A stretch of 64,000 nt of DNA from an uncultured Rhodocyclaceae bacterium (GCA_964596295.1 CAZQTB010000002.1:4355-68354), one strand, 5' to 3'; counted from the first letter of the stretch, positions 1 to 10,253 are shown. Program-made: numbers and translations. Notes: generated by a model not told the origin, from the sequence alone.

Positions 1-133
1 TGATTTCAGGCGTGACATGCTGCGCGGCGCAAACAAGATCGCCCTCGTTTTCGCGGTCTTCCTCATCGACGAGAATGACCATGCGGCCGGCGCGAATGTC
101 GGCAATGATGTCCTGGGTCGGGCTAATGTTCAT
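1..133 (-). CDS. ribB: 3,4-dihydroxy-2-butanone-4-phosphate synthase (RibB/RibBA), N-terminal part, runs off window
   Basis: Manual translation [34 protein letters not shown] contains the DxxxRENEGD motif; downstream of riboflavin synthase. Confidence 0.92.
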   Translation of the reverse strand, partial: MNISPTQDIIADIRAGRMVILVDEEDRENEGDLVCAAQHVTPEI

Positions 134-165
134 GGCTTCATCGTCAGCGGAGAAAGGCGCGCATT

Positions 166-780
166 CTACGTTTGAATCCGCCTCTGGACTGCCTCGCTTG
201 CCGAAAGCATCCGTTCAACATAGCGCGCAATGAGGTCGATTTCCAGATTCACCTGGCTGCCGACGCGCAGGTGGCGCAACGTGGTGGCCGCCATGGTGTG
301 GGGAATCAGGTTGATCGAAAAAACGATATCGGCAATCCGGTTGGTAGTCAGGGCGACCCCATCGACGGTGATCGAGCCTTTGGGCGCGATGTATTTCGCC
401 AGCGCTTGTGGCGCGCGTATCACCAGATCATGGGATTCGCCGACCGGCTCACATTTCACCACCTCGCCGATGCCATCGACATGGCCGGCCACCAGATGGC
501 CGCCGAGGCGGTCTGCCAGGCGCAGCGCCTTTTCGAGATTCACGTCATGGAGCCTGTCCAGGCCGACAGTGCAGTTCAGCGTCTCGCGCGAGACATCGAC
601 CTGATAGCTGCCACCTGTTTTACCGATCACCGTCAGGCACACGCCATTGTGGGCGATGGAGTCACCCACGCCGACATCATCCAGATACAGGGCGGGCGCA
701 GCGATTGTCAAGCGCATGCCATCGGCCAGCGAGGCGATCGCGGTGATGTTGCCGATGGCGGAAATGATGCCAGTGAACAT
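166..780 (-). CDS. ribE: Riboflavin synthase alpha chain
   Basis: MFTGII N-terminus, [31 protein letters not shown]; true start ATG at 780 inside ORF 166..1320. Confidence 0.95.
   Translation of the reverse strand: MFTGIISAIGNITAIASLADGMRLTIAAPALYLDDVGVGDSIAHNGVCLTVIGKTGGSYQVDVSRETLNCTVGLDRLHDVNLEKALRLADRLGGHLVAGHVDGIGEVVKCEPVGESHDLVIRAPQALAKYIAPKGSITVDGVALTTNRIADIVFSINLIPHTMAATTLRHLRVGSQVNLEIDLIARYVERMLSASEAVQRRIQT
171..189 (+). repeat. Dispersed 19-bp repeat, copy in ribE 3' end
   Basis: TTTGAATCCGCCTCTGGAC; encodes VQRRIQ on the minus strand. Confidence 0.85.
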
Positions 781-800
781 GCGTGCCCCGGATATTCGTT

Positions 801-2603
801 TTAGCGCAGTGCGCGCTCGAGGGTGGGAAGAAACTGTTCTGCCGTCTGAAAGCCGACGACGCGCAGGCCGGGTTTTTCGCGGCCTTGCGCGTCGAAGAAG
901 ATGATGCCCGGCGGGCCGAACAGGCCGAAGCGCGCGAGCAGCGCGCGATCGGCTTCGTTGCTGGCGGTGACGTCCGCCTGCAGCAGCACGAATTCTTTCA
1001 GCCGCGCGGCCACGGCGGCGTCGGCAAAAGTGAAACGCTCCATTTCCTTGCAACTGATGCACCACTCGGCCCAGAAGTCGAGCATCACCGGCTTGCCCGC
1101 AGCGGCCTTGAGCCGCGCATCGAGTTCGGTCGCCGACTGGATGCGCTGGAAAGTCGGCGCTGGCGAAACGGCGGCTGCGGCCCCGCCGGTCGTTCCGGCG
1201 CTGCCGCGCAGGAAGCCCAGCGGCTGCAACGGGTCTTTCGCTCCGCCCAGCACGCCCAGCAGCATTGCCGCGCCACCCAGCAGCAGCACTACGCCGAGGC
1301 CCTTGCCCAAACGCTGCCAACCGTGCGCATGCGCCGGCAAGGGGTCAAGGGCGGAGAGATAGACCGCCGGCACAATCAGCAGCAGCGCCCAGCCCAGCAT
1401 CTGCGTCCACAGCGGCAACACGGGCGACACCAGCCACAGCGCGGTGGCGAGCATGACGACGCCAAAGAATTTCTTCACCCCTTCCATCCACGGCCCCGAT
1501 TTCGGCAGCAAGGAGCGCGAGAATGTGCCCACCAGCAACAGCGGCGCACCCATGCCCAGCGCCAGGGCAAACAGTGCTGCGCCGCCGAGCGACGCATCGC
1601 CCGTCTGCGCGATGTAGAGCAGCGCACCCGCCAGCGGCGCCGCCACGCAGGGCCCGACGATCAGCGCGGACAACGCGCCCATCAGCGCAATGGCCGACAG
1701 CGATCCGCCCTGCCGGTTGGCCGTCGCCGCCAGGCGGCTTTGCAGCGCGGCGGGTACCTGCAATTCGTAAAAACCGAACATCGCAAACGACAGCACGACA
1801 AAAATCAGCGCAAAACCGCCCAGCACCCAGGCGTTTTGCAAGGCGCCGGTAAGCAGGGCGCCCGAGAGTCCGGCCGCCACGCCAGCCACGGTATAGGTGA
1901 GCGCCATGCCCAGTACATAAGCCAGCGAGAGCACGAAAGCGCGCAGATGGCTTACCGCATGCCCGTGATTGACGATGATGCCGGAGAGAATCGGGATCAT
2001 CGGAAAGACGCACGGCGTGAAGGAAAGCAGGAGACCGAAGCCGAAGAAACTGAGCAGCGCCAGCGGCAGGTTGCCGCCTGTGAACAGGCCGGCGATACGC
2101 AAGCTTTCATCACCCGATGGCGCGCCGCCTGTCGCGGATGAGGCTGCGCCGGACGCTGCTGCGGGCAGCGTGAGCTGTGCCGCATACGTCTGCGGCGGAT
2201 AGCAGATTCCGCCATCCCAGCAGCCTTGCGCAACCGCCTGCAGCGTCACTGCGCCGCTGGCTTCCACGGGCAGGCGGATGCTGATTTCCTGGCGATAGGT
2301 TTCCACCGTGCCGAAGAGCTCGTCCTGCTTCATCCGGCCCGGCGGCAGTTGCGGTTCGCCGAGTTTGTCGACAGGTTTGCCGCCTGCGAGGCTAAACCTG
2401 AATTTGTCGCGATACATGTAATAGCCGTCGGCAATCTGCCAGTGCGCTTCCAGCGTTTGCGCATCAAGGACACGCGCCGAGAAACGAAACGCCTGCTCCG
2501 GCGGCAATGGTTCTCCGGGTACAGCTTCAAAAGCGGCGCGGGCCGGCCCGTTGACGGGCGGCAAAACAGCCAGAAAAAGCAGCAGCAGCGCGCGCATCAG
2601 CAT
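801..2603 (-). CDS. dsbD: Thiol:disulfide interchange protein DsbD
   Basis: QGC..GICYPP N-domain, FTPCVFPM and GPCVAAP membrane cysteines, WCISC thioredoxin domain. Confidence 0.95.
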   Translation of the reverse strand: MLMRALLLLFLAVLPPVNGPARAAFEAVPGEPLPPEQAFRFSARVLDAQTLEAHWQIADGYYMYRDKFRFSLAGGKPVDKLGEPQLPPGRMKQDELFGTVETYRQEISIRLPVEASGAVTLQAVAQGCWDGGICYPPQTYAAQLTLPAAASGAASSATGGAPSGDESLRIAGLFTGGNLPLALLSFFGFGLLLSFTPCVFPMIPILSGIIVNHGHAVSHLRAFVLSLAYVLGMALTYTVAGVAAGLSGALLTGALQNAWVLGGFALIFVVLSFAMFGFYELQVPAALQSRLAATANRQGGSLSAIALMGALSALIVGPCVAAPLAGALLYIAQTGDASLGGAALFALALGMGAPLLLVGTFSRSLLPKSGPWMEGVKKFFGVVMLATALWLVSPVLPLWTQMLGWALLLIVPAVYLSALDPLPAHAHGWQRLGKGLGVVLLLGGAAMLLGVLGGAKDPLQPLGFLRGSAGTTGGAAAAVSPAPTFQRIQSATELDARLKAAAGKPVMLDFWAEWCISCKEMERFTFADAAVAARLKEFVLLQADVTASNEADRALLARFGLFGPPGIIFFDAQGREKPGLRVVGFQTAEQFLPTLERALR

Positions 2604-2956
2604 GATTTGAATCCGTACCTGGACGTGTTCCCGGGGGTGGTTTCGCGATCGATCCAGGCCAGATAGTCCGGCAGGCCGTGCGTGACTGGGACAGCGATGA
2701 TTTCAGGAAGTTCGTACGGATGGCGGGCGCGTATCGCCGCCTCCAGTGCGGCATAACGCCCTGCCGTGGTCTTGATCGCCACGGGGACTTCGGTTGCCTG
2801 TTCAATTCCACCCTGCCAGCGATACACCGAGCGGCAGGGCGCAAGGATATTCACGCAGGCGGCCAGACGTTCGCCGACCAGGGCTGCGGCCAGCGTCTCG
2901 GCGCTTGCCCGGTCCGGCAGATGCGTCACGATGAGCAAGACTTGGCGGGTGTCCAT
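2597..2956 (-). CDS. cutA: Divalent-cation tolerance protein CutA
   Basis: LAACVN, SVYRWQG, HPYELPEI motifs; adjacent to dsbD. Confidence 0.95.
   Translation of the reverse strand: MDTRQVLLIVTHLPDRASAETLAAALVGERLAACVNILAPCRSVYRWQGGIEQATEVPVAIKTTAGRYAALEAAIRARHPYELPEIIAVPVTHGLPDYLAWIDRETTPGNTSRYGFKSC
2606..2624 (+). repeat. Dispersed 19-bp repeat, copy in cutA 3' end, just upstream of dsbD start
   Basis: TTTGAATCCGTACCTGGAC; encodes SRYGFK. Confidence 0.85.
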
Positions 2957-3129
2957 CGGCCTATTCTACCCGCGGCCATGCGCCGGCCGGAGACCACGGG
3001 ATCGTTGAGTTCGATTGACGTAGGGGCTTCGCTACTCCAGTTGCATTTGGCCACAATATTTGCTAGCTTGCCACTTAATGCAAGTCCAGCACAGCGTTTT
3101 CTCGTGAATTTACCGGAATTTCACTACTT

Positions 3130-4779
3130 ATGAAAAATAGGACAGTCACCGTGGCAGCCGGTTTGCTGATTGCCATTGCCGCTCTGGCTGCCGGGCCGTT
3201 TGCCCATGCCGCAGAGCAGGATGTCACCTTCGCGGTCAAGCATTTCCAGGTTGAGGGCAACACCCTGTTGCCGCAGGCCCGCGTCAATGAGCTGGTTGCC
3301 CCCTTCACCGGCCCGCGCAAGGTCTATGGCGACATCCAGCAGGCGCTCGAAGCGCTGGACAACGAATACCGCCGCCTCGGCTACGGCACGGTCAGTGTTG
3401 TCGTCCCCGAGCAGGAACTTGCCTCCGGCGTGGTGCGGCTGAAAGTGACGGAAGGCGTGATCGGCAAGGTCACCATCACCGGCAACAAGGCGTTCAATGA
3501 CGAGAACATTCGCGCCAGCCTGCCCGACCTCAAGGAAGGCGCAGCGCCCAACATGCGCAAGCTCTCTGAAAATACCCAGCTCGTTAACGAAAGTCCGGCC
3601 AAGAAAGTCGAGGTTACGCTGGGTGTGGGCGAGGAAGAAGGCAAGGTCAATGCCCGCGTCGATGTGGCAGAAGACGACCCGCAACGCTTCTATGTCACGC
3701 TCGACAACACCGGCACGCGCACCAGCGGCAAGCACAAGATCGGCGTTGCCTGGCAGAACGCCAACCTGTTCAACCGCGACCATATTCTGACGCTGGCCTA
3801 TACCACCGCGATCGATGCGCCGGGCGGCGTGAATGTGGATATCTATTCCATCGGCTACCGTCTGCCGCTCTACAACCTCGGCGACAGCATTGATTTCATC
3901 TACGGCAATTCCAGCACCAATTTGCCCAGCGTCACGCCCAACCTGACCAATCCGCTGGCCATCAACGGCAAGGGCGAGGTGTTTGGCTTGCGCTACAACC
4001 ACATGTTCGCCCGTCAGGGCCTGTACACCTCCAAACTGGTGCTGGGCTACGACTACAAATTCTTCAACAGCACCTGCAACATCGGCGGCCAGCCCACGCC
4101 CTTCGGCAACGCCGGGTGCACGCCGTATACTCTGCAGCCCGTCTCGGCCACCTACAACGGGCAATGGCAGAAGCCCGGCCAGGCCTTCGATTACAACCTT
4201 GGCATTGCCTACAACTTTAACCCCATGGGCGCCAGCTATCCCTTTCCCAGTCCGGCCAGCCCGACCGATCATTACTCTGCCGCCAGCGGCCGCAACATTA
4301 ACGACAAATTCACCGCCTACCGCTTTGGCGGCAACTATCTGCAAGCCTTTGCTGGCGACTGGCTGGGGCACATCGGCGTGACCGCCCAGTACACGCAGAA
4401 TGCCCTGCCCTCGCCCGAGCAATTGGGGCTGGCCGGCAGCACCGCCGTGCGCGGCTTTTCCGAACGCGCAATGGCCACTGACCGCGGTTATGTCACCAAT
4501 CTCGAATTGACCACGCCGGACTTCGCCGGCCGTGTCGGCGCCAGCGGCAGCCTGCGCGGCGTGGTGTTCTACGACTTCGCCAGCGGCCACAATGTCGAAC
4601 CCGCCGCCGGCAGTAACGGCCACGCCAACATTGCTTCGCTTGGCGCCGGTTTGCGCTATAGCCTCAAGAAAGACATTACTGCCCGCCTTGATGTCGCACG
4701 CGTGATGGACGACGGCTGGCCGGGCACTGCCGAGACCGGCGATTTCCTCGGCCACTTTAGTTTGGTATTCGGATTCTGA
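3130..4779 (+). CDS. TpsB (ShlB/FhaC/HecB family) outer-membrane transporter
   Basis: Signal peptide, two POTRA-like segments, LDNTG at barrel start, VRGF loop-6 motif, terminal Phe. Confidence 0.92.
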   Translation: MKNRTVTVAAGLLIAIAALAAGPFAHAAEQDVTFAVKHFQVEGNTLLPQARVNELVAPFTGPRKVYGDIQQALEALDNEYRRLGYGTVSVVVPEQELASGVVRLKVTEGVIGKVTITGNKAFNDENIRASLPDLKEGAAPNMRKLSENTQLVNESPAKKVEVTLGVGEEEGKVNARVDVAEDDPQRFYVTLDNTGTRTSGKHKIGVAWQNANLFNRDHILTLAYTTAIDAPGGVNVDIYSIGYRLPLYNLGDSIDFIYGNSSTNLPSVTPNLTNPLAINGKGEVFGLRYNHMFARQGLYTSKLVLGYDYKFFNSTCNIGGQPTPFGNAGCTPYTLQPVSATYNGQWQKPGQAFDYNLGIAYNFNPMGASYPFPSPASPTDHYSAASGRNINDKFTAYRFGGNYLQAFAGDWLGHIGVTAQYTQNALPSPEQLGLAGSTAVRGFSERAMATDRGYVTNLELTTPDFAGRVGASGSLRGVVFYDFASGHNVEPAAGSNGHANIASLGAGLRYSLKKDITARLDVARVMDDGWPGTAETGDFLGHFSLVFGF

Positions 4780-4809
4780 ACGGCACGTATTTACGCCAGG
4801 AGAGTTGAC

Positions 4810-7800
4810 ATGAAACGCATCCGTAACGACAGCTGCGCCCAGCGCTCATCCGTCCGCCTCTCCACTCCATTGCGCCTGAGCGCCGCCGCAGTTGCCGCCT
4901 GCTTCATTACCGGGCAGGCTGTCGCCAACCCCACCGCGCCGACCGTGGTCAATGGCGCGGCCAGCTTCAACCAGGCGGGCAACGTGCTTACCGTCACCAA
5001 CAGCAACGGCGCAGTCATCAACTGGAACACCTTCTCCATTGCCGCCGGCGAAACCACCCACTTCGCCCAGACCTCGGCCTCGAGCCAGGTGCTCAACCGC
5101 GTGCTGGCCAACGACCCCTCGCTGATCTACGGCACCCTCTCCTCCAACGGCCGCGTCTGGCTGGTCAATCCTGCCGGCATCACGGTCGGTCCCAGCGGCC
5201 GCATCGACGTTGCCGGCTTTGTCGCCTCCACGCTCAACATCAGTAACGCCGACTTCCTCGCCGGACGCCTCAACTTCAACGCCACGCCCGGCGCGGGCAA
5301 TGTCGTCAATCAGGGCGAGATCACTACGCCGGCCGGCGGCAACGTCTATCTGATCGGCGCCAACGTCACCAATGAAGGCATTATCACCACGCCGCAGGGC
5401 GAAACCATCCTTGCCGCAGGGCAAACGGTCAGCCTGATCGACACGGCCACGCCCGGCGTCAAGGTTGATATCACGGGCGCGGAAGGCAATGTCACCAACC
5501 TCGGCGCCATCGTCGCCGATGCCGGGCGCATCGGCATCGCCGGCGTCATCGTCAGGAACAGCGGTGAACTCAATGCGAGCAGCGCTGTCAGCGAAGGCGG
5601 AAGAATTTTCCTCAAGGCCAGCCAGGATGCGTATGTCGATGGTGATGGCCGTATCATCACCACCGGCACCAAGGGCGGCAGTGTCGAAGTCCTCGGCAAT
5701 CGCGTTGCGGTGACGGACAACGCCGAGATCGATGCCAGTGGCCAAAATGGCGGCGGCACGATACTCGTCGGCGGCGATTATCAGGGCAAGAACCCCGCCA
5801 TTCAAAATGCCAGCGTCACGTACTTCGGCCCCAACGCCAGCCTGAAGGCGGACGCGCAAGAAGTCGGCGCTGGCGGCACGGTGATCGTCTGGGCCGACGA
5901 CACCACGCGCGCCTACGGCACCATCAGCGCACGCGGCGGGGCGAATGGCGGCAATGGTGGTTTCGTTGAAACCTCGGGGCATCGTTACCTGGCGGTCGAT
6001 GGCATCCATGTCGATACCCGCGCACCGCAGGGGACGACCGGCAACTGGCTGCTTGATCCGGACGAACTGACCATTCTGAATGGGTCTGGCACTGACATAG
6101 GCATTTATGGCGGCCCGATTTTTTCCACGATTTCCGCTTCCTCGACAATCTATGGCGCCGGAATTGAAACCGCACTAGGCGCAACCAATGTCACTCTGCA
6201 GACTAGCGCCTATGGCGGCGGCAACGGCAACATCACCGCCAGCGGCGTTACGATTAACAACGGCACGGCCGCGTATGGCCTGACCCTCGCCGCCTATGGC
6301 AGCGGCGGCGCCACGGGCAACATCAACATCACCAACAGCAACTTTTACGTGTATGGCGGCATGACGTTGCTGGCGGGCTGGGATGGCGCTGGTTTCACCA
6401 GTGCAGATGTGATTGGCGGCACAGGCGACATCACCATTTCCGGTTCGCAGATGCAGAGCTGGGGTGGTGCGATCGAGTTGTGGGCCGGCCACGATATCAA
6501 ACTATCTTATGGCGGCAGCGTCGGCACCGGGGTGCAAGGCGCCACGATGGATGTCTTCGCCGGACACGACTTGGCGCTCATCGGCGGCAGCAGCGTCAGC
6601 GGCACTTATGGCCCCAGCGTCGTACTCCAGAGCTGGGATACGCAAACCGTCTACGCCGGCAATGCCATTACGCTCACCGCCGGCAGCGCCAACAACACTT
6701 ACGGCGGCGTTTCCTTTTATGGCGGCTCGGTGGCTATTCAGGCCAATGGCGATCAGACTGTTTCCGCCGCTACCATCGAGCTCGTTGCGGGCACAGCGGG
6801 ACATGACAATACCGCGATCATCGAAGGCGGCGGGTCGATGCAGACTATTAACGTCACCACCCTGCTGGACGTGAAGGGCGGTGGCGGCGGCATCGACAAC
6901 TATGCGCATATCCATGCCACCGGTGCCTACGGAAGCCAGATCATCAACGCCGGTGGCGCGGCCATCATCCTGACCGGTGGCGCCAGCGGCGGCGCGCTGG
7001 ATCACGAAAACGGCGCCAACATCAATCTGGGCAGCAGCAACACCGGTGGCTCGCAAACCGTCTATGCCGACAGCATTACCACCTACGGCGGCGCGGCCAC
7101 CTATGGCGGGGCCGGATTTGGCAGTGAAAACGGAAACGACCAGTCGTTCTATGTCACCGGCGACCTGACGATGAACGGCGGCAGTTCGTCCAACAGCGAT
7201 TTTCGCGCCACGCCAGTCTGGATCGGCAGTGAGTATGGCGGCGGCATGATCAATGTGAATGTGGACGGCAATATCTTCCTCAACGGCGGTTCCACCTACG
7301 GCGGCGGCGTGCTGATCGGCGCTCTCAATGATGACACCTGCGGCGGCTTCGAGTGTCCTACCACTACGAACGTCATGCTTTCCGCCGGCAGGAGCATCAT
7401 CGCCACGGGCAACACCGGCGGCGTCTGGCTGGGGGTCAAGAACCTGACGGGCAGCAGTCTCAACGGCGTCACCCTGAACGCCGGCTCAATCGACAACTCC
7501 CCGAGCTTTTACGGCGGCAACATTGCGATGACCGGGCCGGGAGGCATCCAGACCGACAGCAGCGGCACGGTGGAAATGGTTGCCTACAGAAGCAGTTCGG
7601 AGGCCTACGGCGGCATTTCCTTGGGGTCCGGCACAACGATCTACGGGGGCGGCATCAGCCTCTATGCCGATAGCGATGTGAAGCTGAATGGCCGGGTGGA
7701 GGCAGTGAACAACCTGTATATCTATGCCGGGCTGGATAATTCCAGCGGGCCGGGCGATCAGTACTACAACAGTTTTTACGGCGGCAACATAGCGCTCGGC

Positions 7801-9147
7801 GCAAGCAGCCAGATTTATGGCGGGGATGTGGAACTCATTGCCAACCGCGGCACGGATGATGCTACGACCGGCAATATCACCCAACTGGCAGGCGGCCATC
7901 TCCATTCAACCGTTTGGGATAGCCTCTACGCCTATGCCGCCGGCAATATCGAGCTGCTGGGCACGACGGTCGTTGATAACAGTGCGCCGGTTAATATTTC
8001 GGCTGGGGATAGCTGTGCCGACGGTTGTAATGATATTCAGGATAAACACATCACCATCAGTTCGCTCGACGCTTTCGGTAGCAGCGTGAATCTTTACGCC
8101 ACCAGCCACATTTCCGCCAACACGCAGGATGTCTCTTCCATTCAGGCAAACATTAACAACAATATCAACGGCGGCGGCATCGTCATTAACAACACCGGTG
8201 CGGCACAGCCGTACTCTGTGAGTTTGTCCGACAATAGCACGGGCCTGTACAGCGATGGCACGGCGCACAGCTCAGTGACTTTCATCCATACCGGCAGCGA
8301 CCTCACGCTTGACTATAACTATTACTTTTCCACGAATAACGGTTCCATTCTCGTCGCCGCACCGTCGAACAATCTGACCTACACCAGCGGCGAGGGCGGT
8401 TTGTATGGCGCCAGCGTTATCCTGGCGGCGGGGAATAATCTCGATATAAATAACAGTCTGTATACCCCCGGCGATCTTAGCCTTGGTGCTGGCAATACCC
8501 TGAACATCAACAGCAGCGTGTATAGCGACAACGCTGTCGTGCTGGCCGCGTCAACCATCAATGTGGGTAGCGGCGCCGACGTGACGGGGTACAGCGGCCT
8601 CGGCTTCTTTGCCGGCAGTCTGAACATGACGGCGAATAGCTGCCTGCATACGTCCGGCAATATCGTCGGCGAGGTCAGCGGCAATATCACGCTCGACGAC
8701 AATTCCTTCATGGAAGCCGGCGACGACATTGCGCTCACGCTAAGGGGCGCAAATTCCACGCTGTCGCTTGCCAACGGCAGCTATCTGCTGGCGGATGCTG
8801 TGACGATGATTCAGGCGACCATCTTCGTCGATTTCACCGCGCGCAGCTCGGGCGGAATTTTCATTAACGGGACCGAGACCACGAGGAATGATGGCTCCAC
8901 CGGCTTCTTTGTGGTGGATGCCAGTACGCCGGCCATGCTCGATTCAGGCCTCCTCGTCACTTATACCCGCCCCGCCAACGAGCAGGTTCTTGCCATTCTC
9001 GATTCGAACCTGGATCGTTCAACCAGCGGGCTGGACAATGAGGATGAGACTGAAGAAGAACGCGCCCGGCGTCTGCGCGATGCCAATGAAACTCAAGATG
9101 GAGAAAACAATGGTCAAGCTGACAAACCCGTTGCCCAGTGCAGTTAA
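4810..9147 (+). CDS. TpsA filamentous-haemagglutinin-like exoprotein (HMW1/CdrA-like TPS domain)
   Basis: Signal peptide, INWNTFSI, NPAGI, GGFVETSG, GNWLLDP; Gly/Asn/Thr-rich beta-helix-like passenger; directly after tpsB. Confidence 0.92.
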   Translation: MKRIRNDSCAQRSSVRLSTPLRLSAAAVAACFITGQAVANPTAPTVVNGAASFNQAGNVLTVTNSNGAVINWNTFSIAAGETTHFAQTSASSQVLNRVLANDPSLIYGTLSSNGRVWLVNPAGITVGPSGRIDVAGFVASTLNISNADFLAGRLNFNATPGAGNVVNQGEITTPAGGNVYLIGANVTNEGIITTPQGETILAAGQTVSLIDTATPGVKVDITGAEGNVTNLGAIVADAGRIGIAGVIVRNSGELNASSAVSEGGRIFLKASQDAYVDGDGRIITTGTKGGSVEVLGNRVAVTDNAEIDASGQNGGGTILVGGDYQGKNPAIQNASVTYFGPNASLKADAQEVGAGGTVIVWADDTTRAYGTISARGGANGGNGGFVETSGHRYLAVDGIHVDTRAPQGTTGNWLLDPDELTILNGSGTDIGIYGGPIFSTISASSTIYGAGIETALGATNVTLQTSAYGGGNGNITASGVTINNGTAAYGLTLAAYGSGGATGNINITNSNFYVYGGMTLLAGWDGAGFTSADVIGGTGDITISGSQMQSWGGAIELWAGHDIKLSYGGSVGTGVQGATMDVFAGHDLALIGGSSVSGTYGPSVVLQSWDTQTVYAGNAITLTAGSANNTYGGVSFYGGSVAIQANGDQTVSAATIELVAGTAGHDNTAIIEGGGSMQTINVTTLLDVKGGGGGIDNYAHIHATGAYGSQIINAGGAAIILTGGASGGALDHENGANINLGSSNTGGSQTVYADSITTYGGAATYGGAGFGSENGNDQSFYVTGDLTMNGGSSSNSDFRATPVWIGSEYGGGMINVNVDGNIFLNGGSTYGGGVLIGALNDDTCGGFECPTTTNVMLSAGRSIIATGNTGGVWLGVKNLTGSSLNGVTLNAGSIDNSPSFYGGNIAMTGPGGIQTDSSGTVEMVAYRSSSEAYGGISLGSGTTIYGGGISLYADSDVKLNGRVEAVNNLYIYAGLDNSSGPGDQYYNSFYGGNIALGASSQIYGGDVELIANRGTDDATTGNITQLAGGHLHSTVWDSLYAYAAGNIELLGTTVVDNSAPVNISAGDSCADGCNDIQDKHITISSLDAFGSSVNLYATSHISANTQDVSSIQANINNNINGGGIVINNTGAAQPYSVSLSDNSTGLYSDGTAHSSVTFIHTGSDLTLDYNYYFSTNNGSILVAAPSNNLTYTSGEGGLYGASVILAAGNNLDINNSLYTPGDLSLGAGNTLNINSSVYSDNAVVLAASTINVGSGADVTGYSGLGFFAGSLNMTANSCLHTSGNIVGEVSGNITLDDNSFMEAGDDIALTLRGANSTLSLANGSYLLADAVTMIQATIFVDFTARSSGGIFINGTETTRNDGSTGFFVVDASTPAMLDSGLLVTYTRPANEQVLAILDSNLDRSTSGLDNEDETEEERARRLRDANETQDGENNGQADKPVAQCS

Positions 9148-9844
9148 GCCTTGGGGTCTGTTGCTGGCAGTCGCCGCTGCCAGCTTGTTGTGGGGGTCAG
9201 CGGCGTTGGCCGCCACGGCGGGCGAGATCACGCATCTTTCCGGCACGCTGTCCACGCAGCGGGCGGATGGCACGCGCAAGCTGCTCGCGGTGAAATCCGA
9301 GGTGCAGGAAGGCGACACGCTGACTACCGAGGCGGGCACCTATGCCCGCGTCAAGTTCGTCGATGGCGGCGAAGTGGTGTTGCGTCCCGGCAGCGAGTTG
9401 AAGATTCAAAATTACAGTTACAACATTGCCAAGCCGGAGAGCGACAACATGGTGCTCTCGATGTTCAAGGGAGGTCTGCGCGCGATCACCGGACTGCTGG
9501 GCAAGCGCAGCCGCGACAAGGTGAGCTTCCAGACCGCGACGGCGACCATCGGCATTCGCGGCACGCACTTTGGCGCCTTGCTGTGCCAGAACGATTGCGG
9601 CGGCGTGCCGACCACCAGCGGCCAGCCGCCGGCCAACGGCCTGCATCTGGACGTGACCGACGGCGCCATCGTGGTCAGTAACGGCGCCGGCAGCGTGCAG
9701 ATCAACCTCGGCCAGTTCGGCTTCGTCGCCGATTCCGGCACGCCGCCGGCGATTGTGCCGCCGGGGCAGGGCGTGCAGGTAACGGTGCCAAGCGCCATCG
9801 AACGCGGCGTAGGCAACAGCGGCGGCAGCGAGTGCCGGATCTAG
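9110..9844 (+). CDS. Exported FecR-domain protein
   Basis: GGAGA RBS before ATG 9110; signal peptide ending AALA; EGDTLTT, TATIGIRGT.F and VTDGAIVV FecR motifs; overlaps tpsA end by 38 bp. Confidence 0.85.
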   Translation: MVKLTNPLPSAVKPWGLLLAVAAASLLWGSAALAATAGEITHLSGTLSTQRADGTRKLLAVKSEVQEGDTLTTEAGTYARVKFVDGGEVVLRPGSELKIQNYSYNIAKPESDNMVLSMFKGGLRAITGLLGKRSRDKVSFQTATATIGIRGTHFGALLCQNDCGGVPTTSGQPPANGLHLDVTDGAIVVSNGAGSVQINLGQFGFVADSGTPPAIVPPGQGVQVTVPSAIERGVGNSGGSECRI

Positions 9845-9851
9845 CGGCGTA

Positions 9852-9870
9852 GCGTCTAGACCCTAGACGC
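9852..9870. terminator. Short hairpin between convergent genes, possible terminator
   Basis: GCGTCTAG-acc-CTAGACGC; no clear U-tract. Confidence 0.35.
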
Positions 9871-9920
9871 CCGGAGACGGACGGGTTCAACAACAGAGAT
9901 TCAAACCGTGCCCGCCGTGG

Positions 9921-10253
9921 TTAATCGCCTTTCGCCGGATACTTGACGGCATTTTTGGCGATCTTCTGTCGCGCAGCGGCAATGGGGTCGATGTCCAGCA
10001 CATCGGCCAACTGGGTGAGGTACATCAGCACGTCGGCGATTTCGTCAGCCACGGCGGCTTTTTGCTGCGGCGTGAGTTGCCGGCTTTCCTCGGGCGTGGC
10101 CCACTGAAAGTGTTCGACCAGTTCGGCGGCCTCCTTGATCAGCGCCATGCTCAGGTTTTTCGGCGTGTGATACGGTTGCCAGCGGCGTGCGGCGCAAAAT
10201 TCGCGCAGGGCGTCGCGCAGGCTGCCCAGGTCTGTGATCGGATCAGCGGGCAT
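9921..10253 (-). CDS. MazG-like nucleotide pyrophosphohydrolase (dCTPase-like)
   Basis: W..YHTPKNL, EAAEL.E.FQW, DEIADV, K..KNA.KYP. Confidence 0.9.
   Translation of the reverse strand: MPADPITDLGSLRDALREFCAARRWQPYHTPKNLSMALIKEAAELVEHFQWATPEESRQLTPQQKAAVADEIADVLMYLTQLADVLDIDPIAAARQKIAKNAVKYPAKGD

Noticed and set aside
134..800. FMN riboswitch ahead of the rib genes
   Set aside because: Intergenic gaps are only 20-32 bp, too short, and no RFN motif is visible.
3047..3064. Possible sigma-54 promoter TTGGCCACAATATTTGCT upstream of tpsB
   Set aside because: GG-to-GC spacing is 11 nt, not the required 10.
3124..4755. 543-aa ORF opposite tpsB, and similar shadow ORFs (783..2141, 35165..36631, 60299..61594)
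   Set aside because: They mirror well-supported genes on the other strand and have no independent coding evidence.
4810..9147. TpsA as a CdiA contact-dependent toxin with the downstream gene as immunity
   Set aside because: No VENN or pre-toxin motif, the protein is short for CdiA, and the downstream gene is an exported FecR-domain protein.
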